DNA of 64,000 nucleotides from an uncultured Chloroflexia bacterium. GTDB lineage: Bacteria > Chloroflexota > Limnocylindria > Limnocylindrales > CSP1-4. Location: positions 266,658 to 330,657 of the forward strand of contig CAWGBA010000004.1 of assembly GCA_963820735.1 (NCBI GenBank), read 5' to 3'. The number at the start of each line of letters is the position of its first letter. Position 1 is the stretch's first letter. This document shows positions 50,245 to 60,016 of the stretch, piece after piece. The notes below the pieces were generated by a model. It was not told the origin of the DNA. It searched no databases and was given only the letters and a program-made list of their open reading frames with translations. The translations under genes were made by a program, and so were the position numbers.

Positions 50245-51426
50245 TCAGCCGCTCGCGGCGTCCCATGCGGTGTAGACCTCGCGCAGGACGGAGAACATCG
50301 CCTGGTCGGACACGCCCCAGTGGTTCGTGAGGAACACGAACACCAGCTCCCGCTCGGGGTCGATCCACAGGCGCGTGCCGCTCGCGCCACCGTGGGTGAA
50401 GGTCGAAGGGGACGCCGGGACGCGTACGACCTCGCCGCCGTCGGGCGCCGACGAATCGTCGATGACGCTGGGTGCCAGTCCCGCAGGATGCGGCTTTCCC
50501 CATCCGAGGGCGTAGCGCGGATCGCGCGGCGTGCCGTCCTCGCGGACATCGAAGATCCCCTTGGTCTGCTCGCGGGTCATCTCGTCGATCGCCGCCTGCG
50601 ACAGGATTCGCGGCGCCAGGCCGCTGCCGCGCGGCAGCAGCGACCGGCCGAAGCGCAGCAGGTCGCTCGCACTGCCCCAGAGGCCGCCGCCGGGCAGCGT
50701 GGCCCGCGCAAGGAAGCGCAGGACCACCTCCTGGACCAGCCGGTTGTCGACCCCCACGCCGTGCACGCGAACGATGCGCGACCGCAGGGCCCGTGGATCG
50801 AAGCGGATGTCTTCCGCCCCCACGGGGGCGAGCACCCGTCGTCGCAGCGCCTCGGCGAAGGGCAGACCGGTGAGCCGAGAGATCGCCGCAGCCAGCAGAT
50901 AGAACGAGTCCGACGCGTACCTGTACCGCGATCCTGGCTCGAACGACGGCGTCTCGGCGCAGACCCGGGCGAGTGCCTGGTCCGCGGTCAGCCGCTTCTT
51001 GAGGTACAGCATCATGTCCATGTCCGGGAGGCCGGACGTGTGCGTGAGCACGTGCCAGACGGTCACGGCGTCCCGGCCGTCCCCGCTGAACTCCGGCACG
51101 TACTTGGAGATCGGGTCGTGCAGCTCCAGCCGCCCCTCGTCGACGAGTTGCATGACCGCGGTCGCAACGATCGGCTTGGTGACCGATGCAAGGAAGTAGA
51201 GGCTGTCCCGGCGCACGTTCTGGTCGCGCGGGCCGGGAACGGCGATGGCCCCGAGCTCTCCGGAAGCGTCCGACACGGCCATGACGGCTGTCGGAACCAA
51301 CCCATCGGCAACGATCCTGCGCGCCTGCTCGTACGCCGCCGACAGATCCAGCGCGCCTCGAGCCGGCGTGCTCGCCGTCATGCTCGAGCGCTCGTGCTCG
51401 GTCGTGGCAACCATCCGGGCGATCAT
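50245..51426 (-). CDS. Serine hydrolase, beta-lactamase class C-like
   Basis: ASVTK (SxxK), LTHTSGL, YRYAS, FTHGGASG, WIDPERELVFVFLTN. Confidence 0.9.
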   Translation of the reverse strand: MIARMVATTEHERSSMTASTPARGALDLSAAYEQARRIVADGLVPTAVMAVSDASGELGAIAVPGPRDQNVRRDSLYFLASVTKPIVATAVMQLVDEGRLELHDPISKYVPEFSGDGRDAVTVWHVLTHTSGLPDMDMMLYLKKRLTADQALARVCAETPSFEPGSRYRYASDSFYLLAAAISRLTGLPFAEALRRRVLAPVGAEDIRFDPRALRSRIVRVHGVGVDNRLVQEVVLRFLARATLPGGGLWGSASDLLRFGRSLLPRGSGLAPRILSQAAIDEMTREQTKGIFDVREDGTPRDPRYALGWGKPHPAGLAPSVIDDSSAPDGGEVVRVPASPSTFTHGGASGTRLWIDPERELVFVFLTNHWGVSDQAMFSVLREVYTAWDAASG

Positions 51427-51434
51427 AGAGGCGC

Positions 51435-51761
51435 ATGACGCGAGACCAATTGATCCGCGAGACCGAGCGCCTGATCGAGGAAGGCGAGCGGCTTACGCGC
51501 AACCCGTCGCTCGACGCGATGCGCACGTGGCTCGCGCTGTCGGACCAGCTGTTGTCGGAGGCGTGGGGGTCGATGGACCGCTACCACCTGGCCTGGCTGA
51601 TGGTCGGCAAGTCGACCGACCTGCCGCGAGGACGCCCATTCACACCGGAGGAGGAATCGCGCTACGTCCGCGAGGTCAGCGCGCAGAAGACGGACGTGCT
51701 GCGAACGAGCCTCGGGTCCGCCCGCCAGGGCATGCCGTTTCTGGGAGAGACGCTCGGCTGA
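51435..51761 (+). CDS. Hypothetical protein
   Basis: SD AGAGG, ATG start, host-like codon usage. Confidence 0.7.
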   Translation: MTRDQLIRETERLIEEGERLTRNPSLDAMRTWLALSDQLLSEAWGSMDRYHLAWLMVGKSTDLPRGRPFTPEEESRYVREVSAQKTDVLRTSLGSARQGMPFLGETLG

Positions 51762-51805
51762 ACGCGAGCCGCCGCGGTGGGCACCTGCTACCTGATCGGT
51801 GGCTG

Positions 51806-52129
51806 CTAGTAGCGGTGGACCGCCTCGACGGGGAGGATGAGCACGGTCGCGCCGCCGTAGGTCACTTCCGTCGGCAGCCAGGTCGCATCGAGCCCGCCCA
51901 TCAAGTCCATCGGCACCTGTTCGGTCCGACGCTGGCTGTTGCGCTCGATGATGCCGAGCGCCAACGGCACCTGTTCGTCTTCAACGCCAAGCAGCAGCGT
52001 CGCGTTGCGCGCCCGCAGGAATCCGCCCTCGGACCGGAGCTCGGTCACGCGCATCTCGGACTCCTGGAGTGCCGAGACCAGCCGCGCAGCGTCATCCCGG
52101 TGTGCAAAACAGACGATCAGCTTCGCCAT
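51806..52129 (-). CDS. Cyclic-di-AMP receptor, PII-like DarA/PstA (DUF970)
   Basis: MAKLIV...DDA..L...VTEL.SEGGFLRARNATLLLGVEDE...GGATVLILPVE. Confidence 0.85.
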   Translation of the reverse strand: MAKLIVCFAHRDDAARLVSALQESEMRVTELRSEGGFLRARNATLLLGVEDEQVPLALGIIERNSQRRTEQVPMDLMGGLDATWLPTEVTYGGATVLILPVEAVHRY

Positions 52130-52163
52130 GCCTCGTCTCCTGCGTGCATGTGCCTCCGACGGA

Positions 52164-52731
52164 TCATCGCGGCCGTGCCGCGAACCACGCAACACCGGTC
52201 AAGAGCAGGATCTCGATGACCTCGAGCGGGCCGAACTGCGGCGTCAGCCAGTCGAGGAACGGCAGCGCCGCGAGCCGATCGAAGAGACCGACCGACGAGT
52301 CCGGCAAACGCCACATCCAGATGAACCAGCCGATCACCTCGCCGACGAACCACGCGGCGAACGCGATCGCCACGGCCCCGATCGTCACCCGAGAGGCCCG
52401 CAGGCGCGACTTCCGGGCCGCGCGCGCGAGTCACGGCGTCCCACGCGCCGACCCAGGCCGCTTCGCCGACGTACCAGCCCCCGAGCCCCGCCACGATCAG
52501 CAGCGGCCAGCGCAGGTCGAAGCCGATCCCGATGCCCAGCGCCAGCGAAACCTGTAGGCCCGCGGCCACGGCGGCGGCGATGAACCGGACGCGATTCGGA
52601 GCGACGGCCTCGACACCGCGGCCGGTCGCGCCCGCCGTCGACGCGAAGCGGTCGCCGGGGGCTCGATCCAGCATCCGCGGCCGCTCATCACCTGGGCCAA
52701 CTGGAGCGCCGCTCGTCGGCTCATCGCTCAT
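52164..52731 (-). CDS. Hypothetical membrane protein (frameshifted)
   Basis: MSDEPT...LDRAPGDRF, hydrophobic segments across ORFs 52117 and 52164. Confidence 0.6.
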
Positions 52732-52779
52732 GACGGCGAACTCTAGCGGCCGTTCCGGCGCCGCTAAACTGTGATCGGC

Positions 52780-53283
52780 ATGACGCACCCGAGCCTTGGC
52801 CTTCCGCCTCCCGATACGACCGCCGGCCAGCCGCAGGCCGCCGCGCGGATCCGCGCCGAGAAGACACGGCTTGCCCAGATCGCCCTCGAGACGACGCTCA
52901 ACCGCGATCCGAGCTTCCGCGAGCGCTACGACGAGCGGATGCTGCAGATGCTGTTGCGTGACTACGACCGTCACATCGAGCAGGTCGCGCGCGCGTTGGA
53001 GACCGGCCAGGACCGCTTCGTGGTCCAGTACGGCGAGTGGCTCGTCCCGGTGTACCGCCACCGCCGCGTGCCGATGGGCGACTTCGTGGCCATGCTCGAC
53101 GGCTTGTCTGCGGCGGCATCGAGCGCGCTGTCCGCCGACGATGGACGTTTGCTGCGCGAGCTCATCGCGCGTTGGGCCGTACGGCTGCGCCACCACCAGC
53201 GGCTGGCCGGGGACCACAAGGGCAACTCGATCGTGCGCTTCTTCTGGAAGGGCGCCGGCATCGGCGACGACTCGGTCGTCTGA
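52780..53283 (+). CDS. Hypothetical helical protein, possible phycobiliprotein/globin-like fold
   Basis: LLRDYDRHIEQVARALETG...VYRHRRVPMGD pattern. Confidence 0.6.
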   Translation: MTHPSLGLPPPDTTAGQPQAAARIRAEKTRLAQIALETTLNRDPSFRERYDERMLQMLLRDYDRHIEQVARALETGQDRFVVQYGEWLVPVYRHRRVPMGDFVAMLDGLSAAASSALSADDGRLLRELIARWAVRLRHHQRLAGDHKGNSIVRFFWKGAGIGDDSVV

Positions 53284-53306
53284 TGCGAATGTGGAGCCCC
53301 TGCGCG

Positions 53307-53655
53307 GTGACCATCAAGTGGGTCACGTCCGACCCATTGATCATGAACGGCGAGCCGTTCTGCTACGGCACGCGGCTGACCGTCCGCAACGTGCTCCAGA
53401 TGCGGTCCAGCGGTCTCGACGCCCTCTCAGATGCTGGCCGAGAACCCGGAGCTTCGGGTGGTCGGGATCGCAGAGGCGTTCGCGTTCGCGGCACGGAATC
53501 GTGAGCGATACCCCGACTTCTTCGAGGACGACGGCACGCTTCGCGGGCCGGGCTTCAGCGCAGAGGAAGCTGCTCGACTGCCCGAAGACCTGCGCATGCA
53601 GGCGGGCATCGTCGTATCGGCCGGCGAGCCCGTTCCGGTCGGCGCTCACCGCTGA
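53307..53655 (+). CDS. DUF433 domain protein (frameshift near 53425)
   Basis: VTSDPLIMNGEPFCYGTRLTVRNVL...MLAENPEL...IAEAFAFA. Confidence 0.75.
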
Positions 53656-53699
53656 CGTCCAGGCTGGACGCTCGGGCATGTTCCGATCTCGGCGGGCAT

Positions 53700-53724
53700 A
53701 ATCCCGACTCAGTGGGTCAGGATT
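53700..53724. promoter_or_regulatory. Rrf2-type operator upstream of the DUF59 gene
   Basis: AATCCCGACTCAGTGGGTCAGGATT; 18/25 identical to the reverse complement of 59407-59431. Confidence 0.7.
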
Positions 53725-53752
53725 TCCGACCCGGTGCTAGGCTGTTGAGAAC

Positions 53753-54112
53753 ATGACCGACACGCTCGCGCCCGAAGCAACTGCTCCCGCCGCCACGGAC
53801 CCGACGCCCGCGCCCGCGCCCGCGTTCGACCCGCAGACTCGCGCCCGCGAGCTCGCCATCCTCGATGCGCTGCGCTCGGTCGTCGATCCCGAGATCGGGA
53901 TGAACGTCGTCGAGCTGGCGCTGATCAGGCAGATCGTGCTCGGCGATCCGGTCACCGAGATCAAGATGATCCTCACGACGCCGTTCTGCCCCTATGCCGG
54001 CGCGATGATCCAGCAGGTCAAGGAAGTCACCGAGGAAGCCGAGGGGCACGAGGTCAAGGTCACGCTCCTGGCTGAGCGCTGGGACCCGCGCGACGCCGGC
54101 CTCGTCTGGTAG
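53753..54112 (+). CDS. Metal-sulfur cluster assembly factor, DUF59/SufT-like
   Basis: ALRSVVDPEIGMNVVELALI, MILTTPFCP, WDP. Confidence 0.88.
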   Translation: MTDTLAPEATAPAATDPTPAPAPAFDPQTRARELAILDALRSVVDPEIGMNVVELALIRQIVLGDPVTEIKMILTTPFCPYAGAMIQQVKEVTEEAEGHEVKVTLLAERWDPRDAGLVW

Positions 54113-54137
54113 GTCGGACGCTCCGCCACTCCGACTC

Positions 54138-54803
54138 ATGACCGACGATCCGGCGCCATCGCGCCGGCCCGGGATCGCAGACAGCCAGGTCGCCACCGGC
54201 AAAGGTGACGACGGCACGACGGGCCTCCTCTACGGTGGCCGCGTTTCCAAGGATGACCCGCGAACCGAGGCGTACGGCACGGTCGATGAAGCCGTTGCCG
54301 CACTCGGCGTGGCGCGAGCCGAGGTCTCGCACGCAATCGAAGGCGGTGCGGAGCTGGCTGCCAACTTCGGCACGCTCCTGCTTCGCCTCCAACGTGAGCT
54401 TTTCGTTCTTGCCGCGGAGCTCGCCACGAATCCCGAGCGGGCTGACGCTGGACGACCGGGCGTGACGCAGGTCACCGAGGAGATGCTGACCGGGCTCGAG
54501 GACCTGCTCCGAGATGCCGAGGCGCGAATCACGATCGGCAACGAGTTCGTGATGCCGGGCGCCGACCGGTTGTCGGCCGCACTCGAGGTCGCACGGGCGA
54601 CGGTGCGTCGCGCCGAGCGCCGCACGGTCACGCTCCTCGGCGACGCTTCGGCCGCGTCATTGGTCGTGGCCTATCTCAACCGCCTGGCCGACCTCCTCTG
54701 GGTGCTCGCTCGTGAGGTCGAAGCGGCGTCGGGATCGGGCACGTCCCGTGTGCCGCGCAGCCTGGCCAGCGCGAATCCGCGAGGAAACGGGCAACCGGCA
54801 TAG
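54138..54803 (+). CDS. PduO-type cob(I)alamin adenosyltransferase
   Basis: TGKGDDGTT, RVSKDDPR.EAYGTVDE, FVMPG, RRAERR, YLNRLADLLW. Confidence 0.9.
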   Translation: MTDDPAPSRRPGIADSQVATGKGDDGTTGLLYGGRVSKDDPRTEAYGTVDEAVAALGVARAEVSHAIEGGAELAANFGTLLLRLQRELFVLAAELATNPERADAGRPGVTQVTEEMLTGLEDLLRDAEARITIGNEFVMPGADRLSAALEVARATVRRAERRTVTLLGDASAASLVVAYLNRLADLLWVLAREVEAASGSGTSRVPRSLASANPRGNGQPA

Positions 54804-54812
54804 ACTCGCCGC

Positions 54813-56528
54813 GTGGCGACGGCGCAGCGAGGAAAGTTCGTCGCCCTCGCCTTGGCAGTGGTCGTTGTCATCGCGGGTTGCGGGCAATCCGGCGCGACTT
54901 CTCCACCGACGGGCCTGGCCGGGGCGAGCGGTTCGCACGGCGACACGACGCGATCTCCAGCCGCGGGTACCGGAGCGCCGGTCGATTCGACTGGCTTGCC
55001 GGCCAACGCTGCTGGGCCGTCCGCCGAGCCAACCGGCGGAAGTGAATCGTCCCAGCCGGACGCGACTTCCGCCGTGCCCACCGGCGCTGGCGAAAGCCTC
55101 CCGCCAGGATCGCCCTCTCCTTCGTCGTCGGGGTCCACCGGCACGGCCACGCCGAACATCGTCGTGCTGATGCTCGACGACGTTCCCTACCTCGACCCGG
55201 ACACGCCCTGGCAGGCGATGCCGCAGCTGCAGCAATCGGTCATCGACCACGGCGTTGCCTTCACCGACTTCCACGGCGAGACGCCGCTGTGCTGTCCCGG
55301 CCGGGTCGGGTTCCTGACGGGCCTGCATACCCGCAGCTCTCACGTCTTCTGGAACAACGCGCAGCTCTTTCACCCCGAGATGTCGCTGGCGACCGCGCTC
55401 CACGACAGCGGCTACTACACGTTCGAGGTGGGCAAGTACCTCAACCTCTACAACCGCATCGCGCCGGAGGTGCCGCCGGGCTGGGACGGCTTCCACGCGA
55501 ACGAGGGCTCGCCGCTCTACTACAACTACCGGATCTGGAACAACGGCGGCAAGCCGGTGAAGTACGGCAACAAGCCGGCCGACTATTCGACCGACGTGCA
55601 CTCGCAGATTGCGGTCGACGAGATCCAGAACGCACCCGCCGACCAGCCGATCTTCGCCTGGATCGCCACGACGGCCGCGCATGCCATCCTCATCCCCGCG
55701 CCACGCGACGCGAACGCACCGTGCACCGAGCTGTCGACCTGGAAGACCGCGGCCACGAGCGAAGTGGATCTCAGCGACAAGCCGGCCTACGTCCAGGTCG
55801 CGCCGATCAAGGCGACCTCGCACGACATGGTGCCGCTCTGCCGCGTGCTCATGTCGGTCGACGACCTGTTCGCAGCCGTCCGCGACGCGCTGATGGCAAC
55901 GGGTCGCTGGGACAACACGATGTTCGTGGTCGCCGGCGACAACGGTATGGACTTCGGCATGCATCGCCTCGGCGAGATCTACGACAAGCGCGTGCCGTAC
56001 GCGACGCAGCTTCCCTTCATCGTGAGCTGGCCCGACGGGCTGGGTGACCAGCCGCGCAACGTGGACGCCCGCCTCCAGAACATCGACTTCGCGCCGACGG
56101 TGTGTGAGCTGGTCGGCTGCACCCTGGGTCCGTATCCGACCGGCCAGAGCAAGCCCGACGGCGTCAGCTTCCTGGCCGCACTGATGGGCACCGGACCCCC
56201 GCCGGTGCGCGATGCCGTCCTGTCAACGCAGATGGAGAAGAAGCGCAGCGTTCCACCGTGGGACGCGGTCACGACCACGTCTGACTCGCCGCTTGCGCAC
56301 CAGGGCTGCAGCAGCGCCGATCAGGGCGGCTGCATCTGGCACTACATCAAGTACTCGGATGGAACCACGGAGCTGTACGACAACTCCGGCGGGCCTTGCT
56401 ATGCGTGGCACCAGGGCATGCCCGGCGATCCGTGCGAGCTCCAGAACCTGGCTGGGAAGAAGGCCTATGCGTCGCTGATCGCGACCCTGGACGACCGCCT
56501 GCAGCAGCTGGTCACCACGGGGCAATGA
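54813..56528 (+). CDS. Formylglycine-type sulfatase, lipoprotein
   Basis: Lipobox IAGC, PNIVVLMLDD, CCPGR (CxPxR), GKYLN, DNG, NIDFAPT. Confidence 0.88.
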   Translation: MATAQRGKFVALALAVVVVIAGCGQSGATSPPTGLAGASGSHGDTTRSPAAGTGAPVDSTGLPANAAGPSAEPTGGSESSQPDATSAVPTGAGESLPPGSPSPSSSGSTGTATPNIVVLMLDDVPYLDPDTPWQAMPQLQQSVIDHGVAFTDFHGETPLCCPGRVGFLTGLHTRSSHVFWNNAQLFHPEMSLATALHDSGYYTFEVGKYLNLYNRIAPEVPPGWDGFHANEGSPLYYNYRIWNNGGKPVKYGNKPADYSTDVHSQIAVDEIQNAPADQPIFAWIATTAAHAILIPAPRDANAPCTELSTWKTAATSEVDLSDKPAYVQVAPIKATSHDMVPLCRVLMSVDDLFAAVRDALMATGRWDNTMFVVAGDNGMDFGMHRLGEIYDKRVPYATQLPFIVSWPDGLGDQPRNVDARLQNIDFAPTVCELVGCTLGPYPTGQSKPDGVSFLAALMGTGPPPVRDAVLSTQMEKKRSVPPWDAVTTTSDSPLAHQGCSSADQGGCIWHYIKYSDGTTELYDNSGGPCYAWHQGMPGDPCELQNLAGKKAYASLIATLDDRLQQLVTTGQ

Positions 56529-56653
56529 GGTCCCGTGCGAACCTGCGCGGGAGCCGGCCGCGAGATCCGATGGTCCCGATGGCCCTCGAACACAGGTTCC
56601 GTACACTAGTGGCGGACGCGGCACGCGCGTCCATCGCAACCTGAGGACCATCC

Positions 56654-57433
56654 GTGTTCGATCCAAACACCAACAAAGCCAACGTCCCCCCTCAGACGTC
56701 CGGACAGCCATATGGCTGGGCGACGCCCAACACCCTGAGCCAGGGCATTGCCCCTGCGACGACGGCGGTTGTGCCCCGCGAGGGCTTCCTCACGATGAGC
56801 TTCGTGTGGATGTTCCTGGCGCTGCTCGTCAGTGCCGGCTCTGCGTATTTCGTCATGTCCAACGCCCAGATGCTCGAGCGGGTCGCAGGCGCATGGTTCC
56901 TGCTGTTCATCGTCGAGATCGGGCTGGTCGTTGCCATCAGCGGCGCCATCAACCGGATCGGCGCGCTGCCCGCTCTCGCGCTGCTGTTCGCCTACGCGCT
57001 GGTCAACGGGCTCGTGCTCGGCCTGATCATCTGGGCCTACACGCGCGGACAGGGCATCAGCGGCGTCGTCTCGGCATTTGCCGGGGCGTCGGCGATCTTC
57101 GCCGGAGCTGCGATCTACGGCGGCGTCACCAAGCGGGACCTGACCAGCCTCGGCGGGATCCTCTTCATGGGCCTGCTCGGGCTGCTCGTCACGATGCTCG
57201 TCCAGGTCTTCCTCTTTCCGACCAGCAGTGCCCTCAACCTGGTGATCGGCGTGGTCGGCGTCCTGATCTTCACCGGTCTCACGGCCTGGGACGTGCAGCG
57301 CATCAGCCGCGGCGCGATGCCCTGGATCAAGAACCGGGAGTCGGCCTCGGTTGTGGGTGCGCTGGCGCTCTACCTCGACTTCGTCAACCTCTTCCTCTTT
57401 CTGCTTCGGATCTTTGGCGCTGGCCGCAATTAG
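56654..57433 (+). CDS. Bax inhibitor-1/YccA family protein
   Basis: TKRDLT, FTGLTAWDVQRI, GALALYLDFVNLFL. Confidence 0.93.
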   Translation: MFDPNTNKANVPPQTSGQPYGWATPNTLSQGIAPATTAVVPREGFLTMSFVWMFLALLVSAGSAYFVMSNAQMLERVAGAWFLLFIVEIGLVVAISGAINRIGALPALALLFAYALVNGLVLGLIIWAYTRGQGISGVVSAFAGASAIFAGAAIYGGVTKRDLTSLGGILFMGLLGLLVTMLVQVFLFPTSSALNLVIGVVGVLIFTGLTAWDVQRISRGAMPWIKNRESASVVGALALYLDFVNLFLFLLRIFGAGRN

Positions 57434-57498
57434 TCGCCTCCGCCAGCCACAGAACATCGATGGAGCCCTGCTGACCCGCGGGGCTCTACCATTTCGGG

Positions 57499-58383
57499 GT
57501 GCCTGAGCGCGTCGGGTTCTGTGGCCTCGGGACGATGGGCGTCGCCATGGCGGCCAACCTCCGCAGAGCTGGCTTCCCACTGACCGTCTGGAATCGCTCG
57601 CCCGATCGTGCCCACGACCTTGTCGCACTCGGCGCGGCCGAGGTTGCCTCTCCCGCGGACGTGGCACGGGTCAGCGACATCGTGGTGGTCTGCGTCTCGG
57701 ACACGCCCGACGTCGAGGCCGTGCTGTTCGGGCAGAACGGCATCAGCGCCGGCGCACGGTCAGGTGCCCTGATCATCGACTGCTCGACCATTGATCCGAC
57801 CGCAACCAAGCGGTTCGAGGCGCAGCTCCGCGACCAGGGCGTCGCACTGGTCGACGCCCCCGTTTCCGGCGGGTCGGAAGGTGCTCAGAAGGGCACGTTG
57901 ACCATCATGGTCGGCGGCTCCTCGGACGACTTCGAGCGCGCGAAGCCGATCCTCGAAGCGATGGGCCGCTCGATCACGCACATGGGTCCGATCGGCAGCG
58001 GTCAGCAGACCAAGGCAGTCAACCAGGTGATCCTGTGTGGCACCTACCTGGGTGTCGCCGAAGGCCTGGTGCTGGCGATGAAGTCCGGATTGGACGTTGA
58101 GAAGGTGGTCGAGGCGCTCTCCGGCGGCGCGGCGCAGTCATGGGTGCTGGCCAATCGCAGCGGCCGGATGATCGCTAACGACTATCCGCTGGGTTTCAAG
58201 ATCTCGCTCCATCTGAAGGACGTGATGATCGCCATCGGGATGGCTCGCGAGACAGGTTCGGCGCTGCCCGTGACAGCTCTGGTGTCACAGATCGAGAACG
58301 GCCTCGTGGCGCGCGGACACGGTGACGACGACATCTCGGCCGTGGCGCGCGCCATCCGCTCCTGGTCCGGCCTCGAGGACTAG
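57499..58383 (+). CDS. NAD(P)-dependent beta-hydroxyacid dehydrogenase (GarR/MmsB family)
   Basis: GLGTMG, DCSTI, DAPVSGG, GSGQQTKAVNQ, HLKD. Confidence 0.92.
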   Translation: MPERVGFCGLGTMGVAMAANLRRAGFPLTVWNRSPDRAHDLVALGAAEVASPADVARVSDIVVVCVSDTPDVEAVLFGQNGISAGARSGALIIDCSTIDPTATKRFEAQLRDQGVALVDAPVSGGSEGAQKGTLTIMVGGSSDDFERAKPILEAMGRSITHMGPIGSGQQTKAVNQVILCGTYLGVAEGLVLAMKSGLDVEKVVEALSGGAAQSWVLANRSGRMIANDYPLGFKISLHLKDVMIAIGMARETGSALPVTALVSQIENGLVARGHGDDDISAVARAIRSWSGLED

Positions 58384-58386
58384 TCG

Positions 58387-58815
58387 TTGAAATTCCGTCG
58401 CGCGGGCGCCGTGGGCGTCCTCGTCGGCTCGTTGCTCCTTCTCGGCGTGGTCGTGCTTGCCTGCGGTCCAGAGCAGCAGGCCGGCAGCGAGACACCGAGC
58501 CCGACCGTGCTCGACTCCGGGATTCGCGGAATCGTTCTGCTGGGTCCCGTCTGCCCGACCGACTCAGCCGAGTCGTCGCCCTGCCTCACGCCCTACGCCG
58601 CCAACCTGGTAATCACCGACTCGGACGGCAACGTGGTCACGCGGATCACCTCCGGTTCGGACGGTCACTTCGAGGTGCTCCTGCCGCCCGGCGACTACGT
58701 CATCCAACCGGATAACGGCCCTGACGGAAACCCGAGCTCGATCCCCCAGCCGGTGACGGTCGGACCCGACGAATTCGAACAGGTCGAAGTCGACTACGAC
58801 ACGGGGTTGCGCTAG
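58387..58815 (+). CDS. Lipoprotein with carboxypeptidase-regulatory-like domain
   Basis: VLAC lipobox, SGIRG...GPVCP, DGHF...LPPGDY, YDTGLR. Confidence 0.7.
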   Translation: MKFRRAGAVGVLVGSLLLLGVVVLACGPEQQAGSETPSPTVLDSGIRGIVLLGPVCPTDSAESSPCLTPYAANLVITDSDGNVVTRITSGSDGHFEVLLPPGDYVIQPDNGPDGNPSSIPQPVTVGPDEFEQVEVDYDTGLR

Positions 58816-58818
58816 GGC

Positions 58819-59370
58819 GTGCGAAAAGTCGTCGTGTACGAGTTGCTCTCCCTCGACGGGGTGGCCGAGGCTCCAGACCGGTTCTTCGGCTGGGACGACG
58901 GGTTGGATGCCAACCTCGCCGCCGTGATCGCGACACAGGATGCGGTCATCCTCGGCCGCCGCAGCTACAACGAATGGGCGCAGTTCTGGCCGAACAGCGA
59001 GATCGAGCCGTTCGCGACATTCATCAACGGGGTCAACAAGCATGTCGCCACGTCGACACCGCTCGACCATCAGTGGGCCAACGCGACCGCCATCGACGGC
59101 GGGCTGGTCGAATTCGTCCGGGATCTCAAGCGGAAGCCCGGAGGCGACGTCGGCGTCCACGCAAGCATCTCGGTCGCGCAGGCGCTGCTCGCTGCCGGCG
59201 TCGTCGACGAGCTCATCCTGACGACCGGGCCGATGATCGTCGGACACGGGCGGCGACTCCTCGACGGCTTGCCTCCGAACCAGCTCGAATTGGTCCGGAG
59301 CGAGGCATCCGCCGCCGGCTACCTGATCGCCGACTACCGCGTTCTACATCAGCCCGTTTCGCTTCCCTGA
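58819..59370 (+). CDS. Dihydrofolate reductase/RibD C-terminal domain protein
   Basis: SLDGV, LGRRSY, KHVATST, VVDEL, GHGRRL. Confidence 0.88.
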   Translation: MRKVVVYELLSLDGVAEAPDRFFGWDDGLDANLAAVIATQDAVILGRRSYNEWAQFWPNSEIEPFATFINGVNKHVATSTPLDHQWANATAIDGGLVEFVRDLKRKPGGDVGVHASISVAQALLAAGVVDELILTTGPMIVGHGRRLLDGLPPNQLELVRSEASAAGYLIADYRVLHQPVSLP

Positions 59371-59376
59371 CCGCGA

Positions 59377-59431
59377 TTGACGCTCTCCGAGGTCGCGACT
59401 AGACTCAATCCTGATGGAAACAGTCGGAATT
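59377..59431 (+). promoter_or_regulatory. sigma70 promoter and Rrf2 operator of the suf operon
   Basis: TTGACG-N17-TAGACT followed by AATCCTGATGGAAACAGTCGGAATT. Confidence 0.75.
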
Positions 59432-60016
59432 GCACCCGTGCGTGACGCGGCAGCGGAGCCCGTCGCTGACGCCGCGAGCCGCGGTCGCACGCTCCCGGCG
59501 TATGGCGCGCTTCATTTCTCGACGCGTGGCGAGTACGGCGTCCGGCTCATGGTCGAGCTGGCGCGACATCACGGTTCGGGCCCGGTCAGCCTCTCGGAGA
59601 TGGCCATCCACGAGGATCTGCCGCGGCCGTACCTGGAGCAGTTGGTCGTCAGCCTCCGAGCGGCCGGCCTCGTCACGTCAACGAGAGGTGCGCACGGCGG
59701 GTACGAGCTCACCCGCGACCCGCGCGACATCCGCATGGGCGAGGTGATCGAGGCGCTCGAAGGGCCGATCGCGCCGATGGTCTGCGCCAGCGAGGATCCC
59801 GATCACGCGGCACTCTGCTCCCGCACCGGCTTCTGCAACGTGAACCTGCTTTGGGTCCGCGTTCGGGAGGCCGTGGTCGGTGCCCTGGACTCCGTCACGC
59901 TCGCCGAGCTGGCGACGCCCCGGGCGAGCCACCCGCATCACTCGACCGATCTGCCGGTCCTCGCCCTGGCCGCACCGTCCACGAACGCCACAACCGAAGG
60001 AATCCCCTCCGTATGA
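59414..60016 (+). CDS. Rrf2 family regulator, IscR-like with three Cys (start uncertain)
   Basis: STRGEYGVR, YLEQL, STRGAHGGY, EALEG, C-x10-C-x5-C. Confidence 0.92.
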   Translation: METVGIAPVRDAAAEPVADAASRGRTLPAYGALHFSTRGEYGVRLMVELARHHGSGPVSLSEMAIHEDLPRPYLEQLVVSLRAAGLVTSTRGAHGGYELTRDPRDIRMGEVIEALEGPIAPMVCASEDPDHAALCSRTGFCNVNLLWVRVREAVVGALDSVTLAELATPRASHPHHSTDLPVLALAAPSTNATTEGIPSV

